The notes under the pieces: generated by a model | The model's database searches: none | What the model was told of the DNA's origin: nothing | Seen by the model: the letters and a program-made list of their open reading frames with translations, nothing else | Assembly (NCBI GenBank): GCA_951406725.2 | Contig: OX597815.1 | Span: 78,244,001-78,308,000, forward strand | Length of the DNA stretch: 64,000 nucleotides | DNA from: Octopus vulgaris | Taxonomy: Eukaryota | Direction of reading: 5' to 3' | Translations under genes and position numbers: made by a program | Part shown: positions 12,934 to 24,288 of the stretch, in pieces | How positions within the stretch are numbered: position 1 is the first letter of the stretch | Layout: every line of letters begins with the position of its first letter

Positions 12934-12948
12934 TATTTTCTCTTCAGA

Positions 12949-13213
12949 ATGACAAATTCTACGGATTGTGACACTATGAATCTAGTCAACTACAAACCAA
13001 TCGAATTGCCTGAACATATGATTGCTCAATTGCTTAAAGATCGATATGGAATGGAACTGATCGATTTTTCCGAACTCATCAGCTTCGATGATCGCAATTA
13101 CTTGGTCCATGTCACCAGTAAACATGATAACCCTTACGTTAAAAAAATCGACTCAAATGGATACCTGTTGAAAATCTTCAATGCGGAATTTTCGAAGAAT
13201 GAAAATTTTTTCG
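12949..13213 (+). CDS. HYKK: Hydroxylysine kinase (aminoglycoside phosphotransferase family), coding exon 1
   Basis: ATG follows acceptor ttttctcttcag|a, implying an upstream non-coding exon. Encodes MTNSTD...SFDDRNY...YLLKIFN (cf. HYKK SYDDQNF / LLKI.N). Donor TTCG|gtaaaa, phase 1. Confidence 0.9.
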
Positions 13214-13329
13214 GTAAAATCTCTTGGTATTATTGACTTCTGTGTTCTAAAATAATTCAAACATGGCATCCACATGAAAAACAAATAATTTTGTATTAAC
13301 GCATTTAACGCACGAATAAATAAGAAGTT

Positions 13330-13640
13330 GACTAGAAATATCTCTATAGGCTTGGACATGGCGCCATGGTTAATAAAAAGCTCGCTTTGCAACCATCTGG
13401 TTACAAGTTCAGTACCGAAATATGGCACCTTGAGCAAGTGTGTTAAGAGTCCCAAGCCGTTCTATGCCTTGTGAGTGAATTTGGTAGATGAAAATTACGG
13501 GGAAGCCCATCGTAAATGTGTGTGTGTGTGTGTGTGCCTTTGACAAAAAATAAGTAATATTGTTGATTTGTTCGATTAAAATCCTTCAAGATGGTGTCTT
13601 AGCATGGCTGCCGTTCAACGACTGAAGCAAGTAAAAGAAT
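13330..13640 (+). mobile_element. SINE family B, degenerate
   Basis: ggcaccttgagcaagtg core, gtgagtgaatttggtaga, tail gactgaagcaagtaaaaga. Confidence 0.7.
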
Positions 13641-13659
13641 ATATATGTACATACACACG

Positions 13660-13735
<76 letters not shown>

Positions 13736-14674
13736 GTGTTTGCGATGTAATAGATTAATATGGTAAATAGCGAAAAGTTTGCGACGATGGCACTTACCTC
13801 CAGGTCAGCACTGATCATACGAATCTATGATGAAATGTTTCGCAATCTTGAACGTCCATCTGTTGAATTTTGCAGATTCTATATCTTAAATTATATCATG
13901 TAATACATTTATTTAAGACAGCAGTATGTGACTCAGAGGCGATTTAGCTGATATGTCTACTTCATCAAGTGACCACAAACAAACTCCTTTTGTTCACACA
14001 GTGTTGACAGGAAAGTAGTTTGTCAAACAATTATTTAGTCTTGATCTTGAACCTTCTGGGTTCAAATCTCACAAAGTTCAACTTCCTGATTGAGATCTAC
14101 ATTGAATCAATACAGAACTTTCTATTAACAAGAACCAGTATTCTTGTTTAGATTCAATAATTCGTGTTAACTTTAACTGAAGAAGTGCAAATACTGTCAA
14201 AACACCTCGGAATCTCAAAGGCCCCTCACATCAACGAATTGTACATGTTATGAACACGCATTGACTAAATTGAAGAGATGTTCTCCGATGATTAAATACA
14301 ACAGTGGTGAACATATTTATATTCAAATCTTCCAGAACGCTTTAAGAAAGAATAGATACGTTATTGCTTAGATCCTTACTGATACAGAACTTACGTTTCC
14401 TAAAGATCAACAACTTTATAATGGCGGATGATAATATATGAGAAAGCATCGTTCTATCTATGAAGAAGGCTTGTGTTCTGTCTACTAAGTCCAGGCGTAC
14501 AGATTCTTCCCTGATCTCAGAGTAAAGAATTGTTTAAATAAGTTTTCCTGCCTTGGAAAAAGTTTTATAGATTACTTTATTATTTGTTGTAACAAATACA
14601 AGACTGAACAGCAAAACGAAAGATAAACTTTTGTTTCTGTATTCTAAATAGTATTTATTTCTTTGTATTGGCAG

Positions 14675-14782
14675 ACGGCTTCTATTCTTTAAGTGACCAC
14701 ATTCGCAAAAGTGGAGTATCAACACCAGAACGAATAACCAACATAAATGGCAACTTAATGTCCCTGGAGGAAATACCGACAG
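14675..14782 (+). CDS. HYKK: Hydroxylysine kinase, coding exon 2
   Basis: ttgtattggcag|AC...ACAG|gtattt; 108 nt, phase 1 to 1; open frame (D)GFYSLSDHIRKSGVSTPERITNINGNLMSLEEIPT. Not in the ORF track. Confidence 0.85.
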
Positions 14783-15939
14783 GTATTTATCAGGCTAATT
14801 ATTAAATCAAATATTGTATTTTTGTTCTCTTATTTATTGTGTATACACTTCGGTGGTAGATATACAGAAGACAGATTGTGTGAGACATGTCCAAATCTTG
14901 TCATTGGCGATAGAATGTAGACCGGTGAACATTGCAATCAACACAATATGCACTGAAGTAACTTGATAAGAAACTCCCGATCTAAGAGAAATGAGACACT
15001 GATGAAGCTCACGCATTGGCAACTTAAGGTATTTTACATTAGATACGAGATGAAGAGATTATTTACATCTCATACATTAGATACGAGATGAAGAGGGATA
15101 TGGATGTTTATGACTGCATTTATTACATTTGATGGAAGTAGGGCAGCTGTGGCGAAATCGGAGAAATTGCTCTTCCTGGAAATAGGGCCCATTATCACAT
15201 GATTTCAAAAACTGAAACAGACTTCTACTTAGAGAAACAAACATTGAAGATACCACCCAATTCTTTAGAGAACCGTTTGAGCATAATGGCAAGGACAGTT
15301 AGGAACGGTTGCCTTATGATCGGAAAAGTTTCTTCATTTGGAATATAGAAAACATGTTTTTTTATCTTTAGAACTTCTTACTGCATTCTATTGTATTTAC
15401 CAACCATACTTGCTTCATTATCACATTACTGTTCCCCGGCACTTCCTGAATTCCACTATACCAACTTAGATAGTGGCACCATCATGTACGTAAATGTCCA
15501 TTGCTGTAGTTTTCCAGTTTAATAAAAACCTGTTGCAAAGCGTTTAACAGGTAAACACCTAAGTCATTAATATTTACGTACCAGCTTTCAGGAATGTGTT
15601 TAATATGTAAAATTAGTACATTCAATAACGTTACACCGCTGTATTTAATGGCTGTTTAAGCAATATGTTCGTGGGTGATTAAAGGGTTAGATATGTACTG
15701 ATGAAGGAGCAAAACCTCCCGAGATATGGCTCATATGCCCATTACCCTTTTTTCATCTTCGCTTTCATTGTTTACATCTGACGTCTCGGATACGAAACGT
15801 CGTAACAAAAGACAGTGCAGGCTATAATTTCTATAGAACAGCTGTAGAAATAACCTTAACAAGTGATGTAAAAGCGCACTGATAACGCAGTATAACACGG
15901 TGTTGGTTTATAAAAGCGTTTAATATACTTTATATTATA

Positions 15940-16458
15940 CTAGCAGTATCGCCCGGCGTTGCTCGGGTTTGTAAGGGAAATAACTATATAAGCATTTTTA
16001 GAGAGTTACTTCCCTTATAGATGCCAATTCGGGCTTTCTTAGCCATTTCTGTTTTGGTGTCTTCAAGCCATGGAGTCGTTGTTCTAAAAGAACACTGGTC
16101 TCCTTGACAACGCTTTACGACGTTGATTTCCTTACACTCCCTTCCCCACAGCTTTACGAGGGAGGGGAGAAGGGGGAGAAGCAAACAGGTGCAGGTGTGA
16201 CCATGGACGCCAACTCCGCCGCCATCGACAGACGAAAAATTATGCATTAAAATGGAATAAAAAATGATGTTAAATTATTTTTTAAATCGTAGACTCATCG
16301 TAGACGCGTGCTAATACTCAGACGGGCTCGATATGAATCACGACTATAAGATACCCGAATTTGGTTAAACTGCACCGCAAAATGTGGGAGTAGTTAGGAA
16401 TCTAAATCGAAGAGGACAGACACTCACACAACTACAGTTTTATATATATAGATATAGA
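15940..16458 (-). mobile_element. Non-autonomous Helitron
   Basis: On the minus strand: 5' TCTATA(TC)TATATATAAAAC, 3' hairpin CCCGAGCAACGCCGGG then CTAG|T. Confidence 0.85.
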
Positions 16459-16584
16459 TATATTGGCCTGCTCGCTTAGCCAGCGGGGTGGCGTCGTTCG
16501 AAGGCTAAAACAATGCGAACGCATTGTGACCAGCGATGTGTAGCAACATCTGATGGTCTGGTCGGTCACGTGATATATATATAT

Positions 16585-16660
<76 letters not shown>

Positions 16661-17543
16661 ATACATATATATATATATGTATATGCATTTTTCAGAGCAT
16701 TTTTCCGATGGCTGGATTTCCACCTTGGTATCCGAAACTCGGAGTTTTATCATGGCTACCGAATAATTGTCACATATTATATTTACAGATGAATTCCTCT
16801 ATTTACATAATATTTACATAATATCAACTACATAAAAGTTGATCCGTACTCTTCAGAGTTTTTAGGACTTTGAATTGAAATAGGAATTCGTCAGAAGCTA
16901 GTATTGCACTTGAAGAACAATAATCACAGCCAGTTTTGGAGATCATACTATCCATTTCTGATTGTGTATTTCACCATTTATTTTCTGATCTGAAAATAAC
17001 TATTCAAAGTATATCTGCCTTGATGTTTAGTTTTAAAATAGGAATTGTTTCCGTGCTGACACCCTTAAGGAGCCTCAACTATTATATACAATGTGTGAGT
17101 TCATCCTTGGTTAATGAGTTCATCTTTATTAACTAAAATCATTGAGTTTTGTGAATTTCGTTTCATTCGTAAATGTTGGCTCTGTATCACTTCCAGTATT
17201 TCCTCAACTTAGATGCCTGGGCCTATTGTCTCAGTAGCTGTGGCACTGAGTTATGGATGTTTGGGACTTAGCTTTGGGCTTGTGGATCTGTACAAGTTCC
17301 CGGGGTACAAATATCTGTTATGTGTTGGTACTACTATAAAGTTGTTTCACAAGTTACAGATTTTTTTCTTTTCTGTTGGCCGCTCCGATATGTACTCTTC
17401 ACTGTAAGCCTGAAAATGTTGAAAATTTAATCTTCAAATATTACTTCGTACTATTTAATATTTTAGGCTTTCTTGTTTTCTGTTTAAATAACATTATAGA
17501 AGAAAACAAAAGAATGAGATTTAAATTATTTAACATTATCTAG

Positions 17544-19255
17544 TCTCTATATATAAAACTGAAATGCGTTTGGACCGTTTGGATCGCTTTCAAGGCCACT
17601 ACATCCAGTCGGATTGACTCCAAAATTTACAGGGACATGTAAAATGAGGTGACGACGCCCGTGGGCTACCTTAGAAATCCCTATCTTAAAAGGTGTCGTT
17701 GCTAGGGCCAAAAACCCACTTTGACAAGTCCACTCCCGTTCTTTTACGTATCTGTCTTCCTCACTCACGCTATTTCCTCCATTCCCTTCAGTTTCCCTTT
17801 ATAAGTTCGTCAAACGGCGTTCTTTATCTCGCTGTCTGCATTCATAGAGAGAATTATCATCGCCACCAACAACACACAATCATGAGAACAAATATTATGA
17901 ATCAGATATTTCTTGCGTTCATTTATATGTGTGTGTGTGTGTTCTATATATAAATATGTATATATAATGTATATATACAAAGTGTATATATCTGTATTTA
18001 TGTATATTAAACTTTTTAATACTTTTTCATAGTTATATATATTTTTAAACAAATTATAAAAATAATTAAAAAATTTTTATTTTAAATTTAAATAATTTAA
18101 ATTTTTAAATTTTATATTTTATATATTTTCTATATTATATTTTTATTTTTATGTTTTTGTTTTTGGTTTTTCACTGTTTGATTTGCCTATTAGTGGTTTT
18201 ATCTCTAATTTAATTTATACATATACTAGCTGAAGGTGACCCGCTCTACGCGCGGGTAAGAGTGTGGTTGTTACTTTCTGTTGCTTCCTTTCAGCACGTA
18301 AAAAGCACCATCCGAACGTGACCGATTGCAGCGCCGCCTTGACTGGCTTCTGTGCTGGTGGCACGTAAAAAGCACCAACCGATCGTTGCCGCTGCCAGCC
18401 CCCCTGGCACCTGTGCCGGCGGCACGAAAATAGCACCCACTACACTCACAGAGTGGTTGGCGTTAGGAAGGTCATCCACATGTAGAAACACTGCCAGATC
18501 AGCCTGGTGCAGCCTCCTGGCTTCCCAGGCCCCGGTCAAACTGTCCAACCCGTGCTAGCACGGAAAACGGACGTTAAACGATGATGATGATGATGATTCT
18601 CCCTCTGTGTTTCTATCTCCTTTCTCTCTCACTTTCCCACTCTCTTAATTTTCTTTTCTCTCGGACTCTCCCTCGCTTTCTCTTACTCTCTATCTTTATC
18701 TCTCTCTCTCCCATTTATAAACAACAAAAGATCTTGATTAAGTTGAGAAATAAAATATTTTGAAAGATCAATCATAAATATCAGGCAGTTGCAACGGAAA
18801 GGTCTGCTTCAAGGCAGACAGCAAAACGCTAACATTTAAAAGGGACAGACGAACTTGCGAGCTGAATAAAAATAATAAAATATTGGAAACCAAAGTTTGA
18901 AAGGATAGAATGTGAGGATAGTAGAGTCACCATGGCTGGCATTTCTTAACGACGGACAGCAACGTATCGACAGTTTAACGGCTGGCGTAAAATTTTGAAC
19001 TTGATGTAAAAGAAAATTCGTAAACACCAAGTTTTGAAGTGATTCTTTCTCACGACAGTAGACTCACCATGGCAATTTTCAATTTAAATAATTTTAATTT
19101 TTCAATTTTATATTTTCTATATTTTCTATATTATATTTTTTAAAAAATTTTGTTTTTGGTTTTTCACTGTTTGATTTGCCTATTAGTGGTTTTATCTCTA
19201 ATTTAATTTATACAGATATATATCTCATTTGTATACATTTGTATATATAATGCGT

Positions 19256-19324
<69 letters not shown>

Positions 19325-20511
19325 ATGTGTGCATTACGTAGTCGGTCGATTCAGCTGAAAATATGCACACCTATGTTAAAAGTGCTGGCAAGTTTGCATG
19401 ACAACTATTTTTTTCCTCAAATGAAAGGTGTGACCTCTAGGACAAAATTCCTCATCTTATAAAATGTGGCCCCAGTAGACCGAATGAAATCGGGTTATAT
19501 TAACCAAAATGTGAAAAGGTGTCTAAATGGGGCTGGAAGGGGATTAAAATTTAAAGGAGCGAGTGTTTAGGAATTCTCTGTTACATCAAGCTAAAGAATT
19601 TGCGCCAGCCTTTTAATCGTCAATTGTGTTGCCGTCCATGATAAAGAAGTTTTGAATGCTTGCCATGGTGAGTCTACTGTCGTGAGAAAGAATCACTTCA
19701 AAACTTGGTGTTTACGAATTTTCTTTTACATCAAGTTCAAAATTTTACGCCAGCCGTTAAACTGTCGATACGTTGCTGTCCGTCGTTAAGAAATGCCAGC
19801 CATGGTGACTCTACTATCCTCACATTCTATCCCTTCAAACTTTGGTTTCCAATATTTTATTATTTTTATTCAGCTCGCAAGTTCGTCTGTCCCTTTTAAA
19901 TGTTAGCGTTTTGCTGTCTGCCTTGAAGCAGACCTTTCCGTTGCAACTGCCTGATATTTATGATTGATCTTTCAAAATATTTTATTTCTCAACTTACTCA
20001 AGATCTTTAGTTGTTTATAAATGGGAGAGAGATAAAGATAGAGAGTAAGAGAAAGCGAGGGAGAGTCCGAGAGAAAAGAAAAGTAAGAGAGTGGGAAAGT
20101 GAGAGAGAAAGGAGAGAGAAACACAGAGGGAGAATCATCATCATCATCATCGTTTAACGTCCGTTTTCCGTGCTAGCACGGGTTGGACAGTTTGACCGGG
20201 GTCTGGGAAGCCAGGAGGCTGCACCAGGCTCCAGTCTGATCTGGCAGTGTTTCTACATGTGGATGACCTTCCTAACGCCAACCACTCTGTGAGTGTAGTG
20301 GGTGCTATTTTCGTGCCGTCGGCACAGGTGCCAGGGGGGCTGGCAGCGGCAACGATCGGTTGGTGCTTTTACGTGCCACCGGCACAGAAGCCAGTCAAGG
20401 CGGCGCTGCAATCGGTCACGTTCGGATGGTGCTTTTTACATGCTGAAAGGAAGCAACAGAAAGTAACAACCACACTCTTACCCGCGCATAGTGCGGGTCA
20501 CCTTCAGCTAG
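17544..20511 (+). mobile_element. Non-autonomous Helitron (probably one element) carrying an RTE 3'-UTR fragment and an internal inverted copy of its own 3' end
   Basis: 5' TCTCTATATATAAAACTG at 17544; 3' hairpin ACCCGCGCATAGTGCGGGT then CTAG at 20508-20511. 18226-19075 is the reverse complement of 19660-20511. Confidence 0.7.
18290..18597 (+). mobile_element. RTE LINE 3'-UTR fragment (inverted twin at ~20135-20445)
   Basis: aaaagcacc repeats, gagtggttggcgttaggaagg and a ggacgttaaac(GAT)n tail; homologous to the RTE 3' UTR at 37150-37566. Confidence 0.85.
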
Positions 20512-20971
20512 TCTTCTACCTATATAAAAGAAGAAAAAAACTTGCACACTTTGGCTTTGGTAAGGATTCAATGGCACTAGAGGTGCTAGAATCGAGCTGA
20601 AAATTTATACACCTATAGAAGGCGTGGTGTAGTTACGGCCAGAGTAGGTTTCAAGTCTCTATCTCGATAACAAAGGCCCGAAACAATGCATTTTCTGCGA
20701 GTGATTGGATGTCATGCACTATTGCCTTGAGTTGTGTTCACGCAACATGTTGGATTCTACGCGTGTTTGCGCGAATGCAACGGAAAAATGGGGCGAAAAT
20801 ACGTTCAATTTTTGAGTTTTTCGAAAAACAAAATATGAGCATTATACGTAGAAAAATTTCCTGAATCGATTGGAACAAGTTTGAATTCTCTAGCTTGAAA
20901 AATGCAAATTTTAGCAGTTTTGAGTGTGCCTTTTTAAGAAGTTCTCAGTTGAAAATGGTGTCAAAAAATAG
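20512..20971 (+). mobile_element. Helitron-like 5' portion directly abutting the previous Helitron's CTAG
   Basis: CTAG|TCTTCTACCTATATAAAAG; no terminal hairpin visible before the next TC start. Confidence 0.55.
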
Positions 20972-21363
20972 TCTATATACATAAAGCTGAAGTTGTCTGT
21001 GTGTGGCAGGTTTGGTAGCCTTCAACTAACACTATCTCCTCCGAGACCCTGCGGCGCAAGTTGACCAAAATTGAGAGTATGATAGAAGAAGGCTTGCTCT
21101 TCCTTCTGTAGAAGATAAAAATTCAAATCGGACCATGTTAAAATCAAGAATTATTTACATCAAAAAGCTGGGTTTTTTTCTGTAAAAATCCCTATTTTTT
21201 ACGATTTTTTGACAGCTGTGTCGCCATTTTTCGGTGTATTTCAACCAGAAAAATGTTCACTTAAAGAGAAAAACAAGCTACATAATGCAAACTTTTTACT
21301 TTTCAAAAATTCCAATTCTAAAGAGTCGAAACAAACCCGAGCAACGCCGGGCGATACTGCTAG
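20972..21363 (+). mobile_element. Non-autonomous Helitron
   Basis: 5' TCTATATACATAAAGCTG; 3' CCCGAGCAACGCCGGGCGATACTGCTAG|T, the same terminus as 15940. Confidence 0.88.
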
Positions 21364-21725
21364 TTTGTAATATAACGACAAACTTCTATTGTTGTTTTCG
21401 TCGTCGTTATTGTTGTTGTTGCTGCTGGTGGTGGTGGTGGTGGTGGTGGTGACGGCTGCGGTGATGGTAGTGGCGGTGGTGGGGTTCGGTGTTATTGTTG
21501 TTGGTGGTGGAAGGCAGTGATGCCGTCGCCGTCTCAGTCGTTAGACTTATGTTGCAAATTATTCTGCTTGCATTCACAATTACATTACGTTCCAAAATGT
21601 TTCTGAAATGCAACGCCACTATTACTATTATCACACCAGGGTAGTAACTATTTAGTCCCCCCCCTATTCGCACATGTTTACAACAACTACTACTACTACA
21701 ACTGGTTGCTCATTTCATGTTGTAG

Positions 21726-21877
21726 ATACGAACAACATTGCTACCAGTAGAACCTTGCAACACATGGTTATACTTCAGACATTTCTTCCCGGAGTAGTCA
21801 TTAGCAAAGTTCCAATGGTGCCAAGTCTCCTTTATCAATTTGGGAAGCTAATTGGCTCCATACACAATTCATTAAAG
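21726..21877 (+). CDS. HYKK: Hydroxylysine kinase, coding exon 3
   Basis: catgttgtag|AT...TTAAAG|gtaagt; 152 nt, phase 1 to 0; HMVILQTFLPGVVISKVPMVPSLLYQFGKLIGSIHNSLK (cf. HYKK VRLLTYLPG...LLYEIG). Confidence 0.9.
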
Positions 21878-21913
21878 GTAAGTTTTCTTTATTTATTTGT
21901 TCATTTATTATTA

Positions 21914-22096
21914 TATTTCTATATTTAAGAGACGAGGAATTATGTACACCATTTACATTTGACAACTATTTGTCCTCATCTTGTTTGTTGCTAACACGTT
22001 TCGGCTGATATACCCTCCAGCCTTCATCAGGTGTCTTGTGGAAATTTCGAACTTGGGTCCTTATTCCTAAGGTATTTTTCGATGTCGTTGTTGTTG

Positions 22097-22147
<51 letters not shown>

Positions 22148-22306
22148 GGGTCACTGCTCGGAATCGAACTCGGAATCTTGGGGTTAGTAGCCAGCGCTCT
22201 TAACCACTACGCCATATGCCCGTAGCGGTTAAGAGTACCATATGGCGTAGTGGTTAAGAGTGCGGCCTACTAACCCCAAGATTCTGAGTCCGATTCCAGG
22301 CAGTGA

Positions 22307-22368
<62 letters not shown>

Positions 22369-22540
22369 TCGAAAAATACCTTACGAATGAGAACCTAGAT
22401 TCGAAATTTCGCCAAGACACCTGATGAAGGCTGGAGTGTATATCAGCTGAAACGTTGTGTTAACAACAAACAAGATGAGGACAAATATCTGTCAAATGTA
22501 AATAATGTACATAATTCCTCGTCTCTTAAATATAGAACTG
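21914..22540. mobile_element. Foldback (fully palindromic) element with TA flanks; each arm = tRNA-like Pol III head + (AAT)n + hammerhead-like core
   Basis: Arms 21914-~22218 and ~22239-22540 are reverse complements. The right end reads ...TATAGAACTG|TA; TA also lies at 21912-21913. A box TGGCGTAGTGG at 22243-22253; B box at 22286-22297. Confidence 0.85.
22416..22461 (+). ncRNA. Minimal type I hammerhead ribozyme-like motif (Penelope-type)
   Basis: GACAC-CTGATGA-A-GGCTG(loop)CAGCT-GAA-ACGT-T-GTGTT: stem I GACAC/GTGTT, stem II, palindromic ACGT stem III, GUU triplet. The mirror copy at 21992-22035 (-) lacks 2 nt at the cleavage site. Confidence 0.65.
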
Positions 22541-22542
22541 TA

Positions 22543-22960
22543 TTAAGTTGGGTTTTTTTTTAGTTTTGTCAATGATTTATGTTGCGCTTTGGTTAAGTTT
22601 GGTATTATTTTCGATTTCTTCCGTAAGATGTTGGAGATAGACTGTTTCAGCCTGGATGGTTCGTGGTTGAGTTCTCGGTTGGTTGGGGGTGGGTGGAGTG
22701 GCTGGTCTAGTTGGTATGTGAGAAATTTGCCGAGTGTGTTGCTGTTGTTGTTCTTTATCACCGATAGCCATTTGAGTTGACAGGCTGTTCGGTAAAAGTT
22801 AGCTTCCAGGTCGAATAAGATGTTTTCGTTCGGCTGTTAACTCAAGATAAGTTTAGGGTGCAGACTGAGAAGTTCTAGTTCTTCATGGGAGAGTGACCCA
22901 CTCAAGTGTGTCACTAGGGATTTCGTTGTCGATGGTGTGCTGACGTTCTCGATGTTATAG
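22543..22960 (-). mobile_element. Penelope-like element ORF N-terminal fragment
   Basis: LSHEELELLSLHPKLI... and PNLTKAQHKSLTKLKKNP resemble the pre-RT 'NLS..E..LL..G' and 'NLT..E..AL..LK.N' blocks of PLE ORFs. Confidence 0.6.
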
Positions 22961-22974
22961 TTATCTCGTTCGGT

Positions 22975-23670
22975 GGATGTGCCCTTTTCATTTGCGTCGG
23001 TATAATAGTCTGTGTTGTGTCCGTATTTGGTACAAAGCCACAGGAAACCACTGCAAACAAGAACGTGTCCAACTGGTGATTATACGGCGCATGTTAGGCC
23101 AGAAGAAACGGGCTGTAATGAGTTTTACCGTGGCGGCTATGCCGGATGCGACAAGGAATGAAGAGCATCGAAAACGGTACGCTGATGACGATGTGGAAGA
23201 AGCGGTCTAGGTGAGCCGGTGGAGATGTCACAAAGGATTCGTCCTTCAACAGACGGAAGAGCTAAGTATTCAAATCTGCAACAGAAATATTGGTTGGAAG
23301 AAGTGTCCAAAGAGTCCAAAGAAGGTTGGTCTGTGGCAATAGCAACCAAATCGATGTGTGCAGGAGACGAAAGTGAACACACAGGAAGTGCATCAGCAGG
23401 TATGTTTGCAGATCCGGCTATATGACGAATGTCGCTGGTATATTGCGAGATGAAATCCAAGTGTCTGTATGTCCTCGGTGAGTATTTATCAGACTCGGAC
23501 TGAAGAGCGAATGTAAGAGGTTTATGATCTGTGAATATCGTTAACTCCGACCTTCTAGGAGATGGCGGAAGTATCTCACAGCAAGATAAACTGCTAAGAG
23601 CTCTCAGTAACGCTGTTCTGTTGGCTTGACTTGACGTGAGAAAAAAGCAGGTGGTTGAGATTTCTGGTTG
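22975..23670 (-). mobile_element. Gypsy LTR-retrotransposon pol fragment (RNase H end to integrase zinc-binding region)
   Basis: LAVRYFRHLLEGR..IFTDHKPLTFA..DKYSPRTYRHLDFISQYTSDIRHIAGSANIPADAL...HSLSHP. Confidence 0.85.
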
Positions 23671-23678
23671 ATGATGTG

Positions 23679-24045
23679 GGATCTTTTCAGTTTGAAGGCC
23701 AGATTTTCCTAGTTAACTAAACAATTTGAAACTTCGTATACTGGTAGAATGTGTCAAAAGAAAACATAATTGTAAACCAAAATGAAAACGGAATTGTAAT
23801 TTCTAAGTTTAACGTTGTTTAATAATTCGAATTTTAACCAATGGCATTCTTTCTTTCGACTTCATATTATTTACTGCCTCTCAAAATATTGTTACTGTGA
23901 CGTAAACAGCTATTTTGTGACGTAGTTAACGTAAACATGTAAATAGCTAACATGTAAACATCTCCGCTTATCGTAAACTTCGTGGAGTTTATATATAAAA
24001 TTTGTGTAGATCCTAAATAGCTACACACACATGTATACAAACATA

Positions 24046-24086
<41 letters not shown>

Positions 24087-24288
24087 CTATACACACATAT
24101 TCTAATGCATATGCATATATGTGTATATATTTATAATGTGTGTGTAATTATATAGATGCATACATTTTTGTCAAAAAAACTAGTTGAAATTATTGTTTTC
24201 TTTTGACACATTCTACCAGACGAAGTTTCAAATTATTTAGTTAACTAGAAAAATCTGAAAAATCTGGCTTTCAAAATGAAAAGATTCA
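23679..24288. mobile_element. MITE-like element with ~90-bp terminal inverted repeats
   Basis: gatcttttcagtttgaaggccagattttcctagttaactaa...gaatgtgtcaaaagaaaaca at the left end is mirrored at 24190-24288; superfamily not assignable. Confidence 0.75.

Noticed and set aside
12685-12948. N-terminal 88 aa of ORF 12685-13236 as part of HYKK
   Set aside because: It is antisense R4/Dong sequence plus the acceptor; the real start is the ATG at 12949.
18836-19899. Two identical 64-aa ORFs on opposite strands as duplicated genes (likewise 38585-40334)
   Set aside because: They are by-products of the inverted duplications of non-coding TE sequence.
22239-22310. Functional tRNA gene with an ACT anticodon
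   Set aside because: No convincing acceptor stem or terminator, and it is embedded in a repeat; treated as a SINE-type head.
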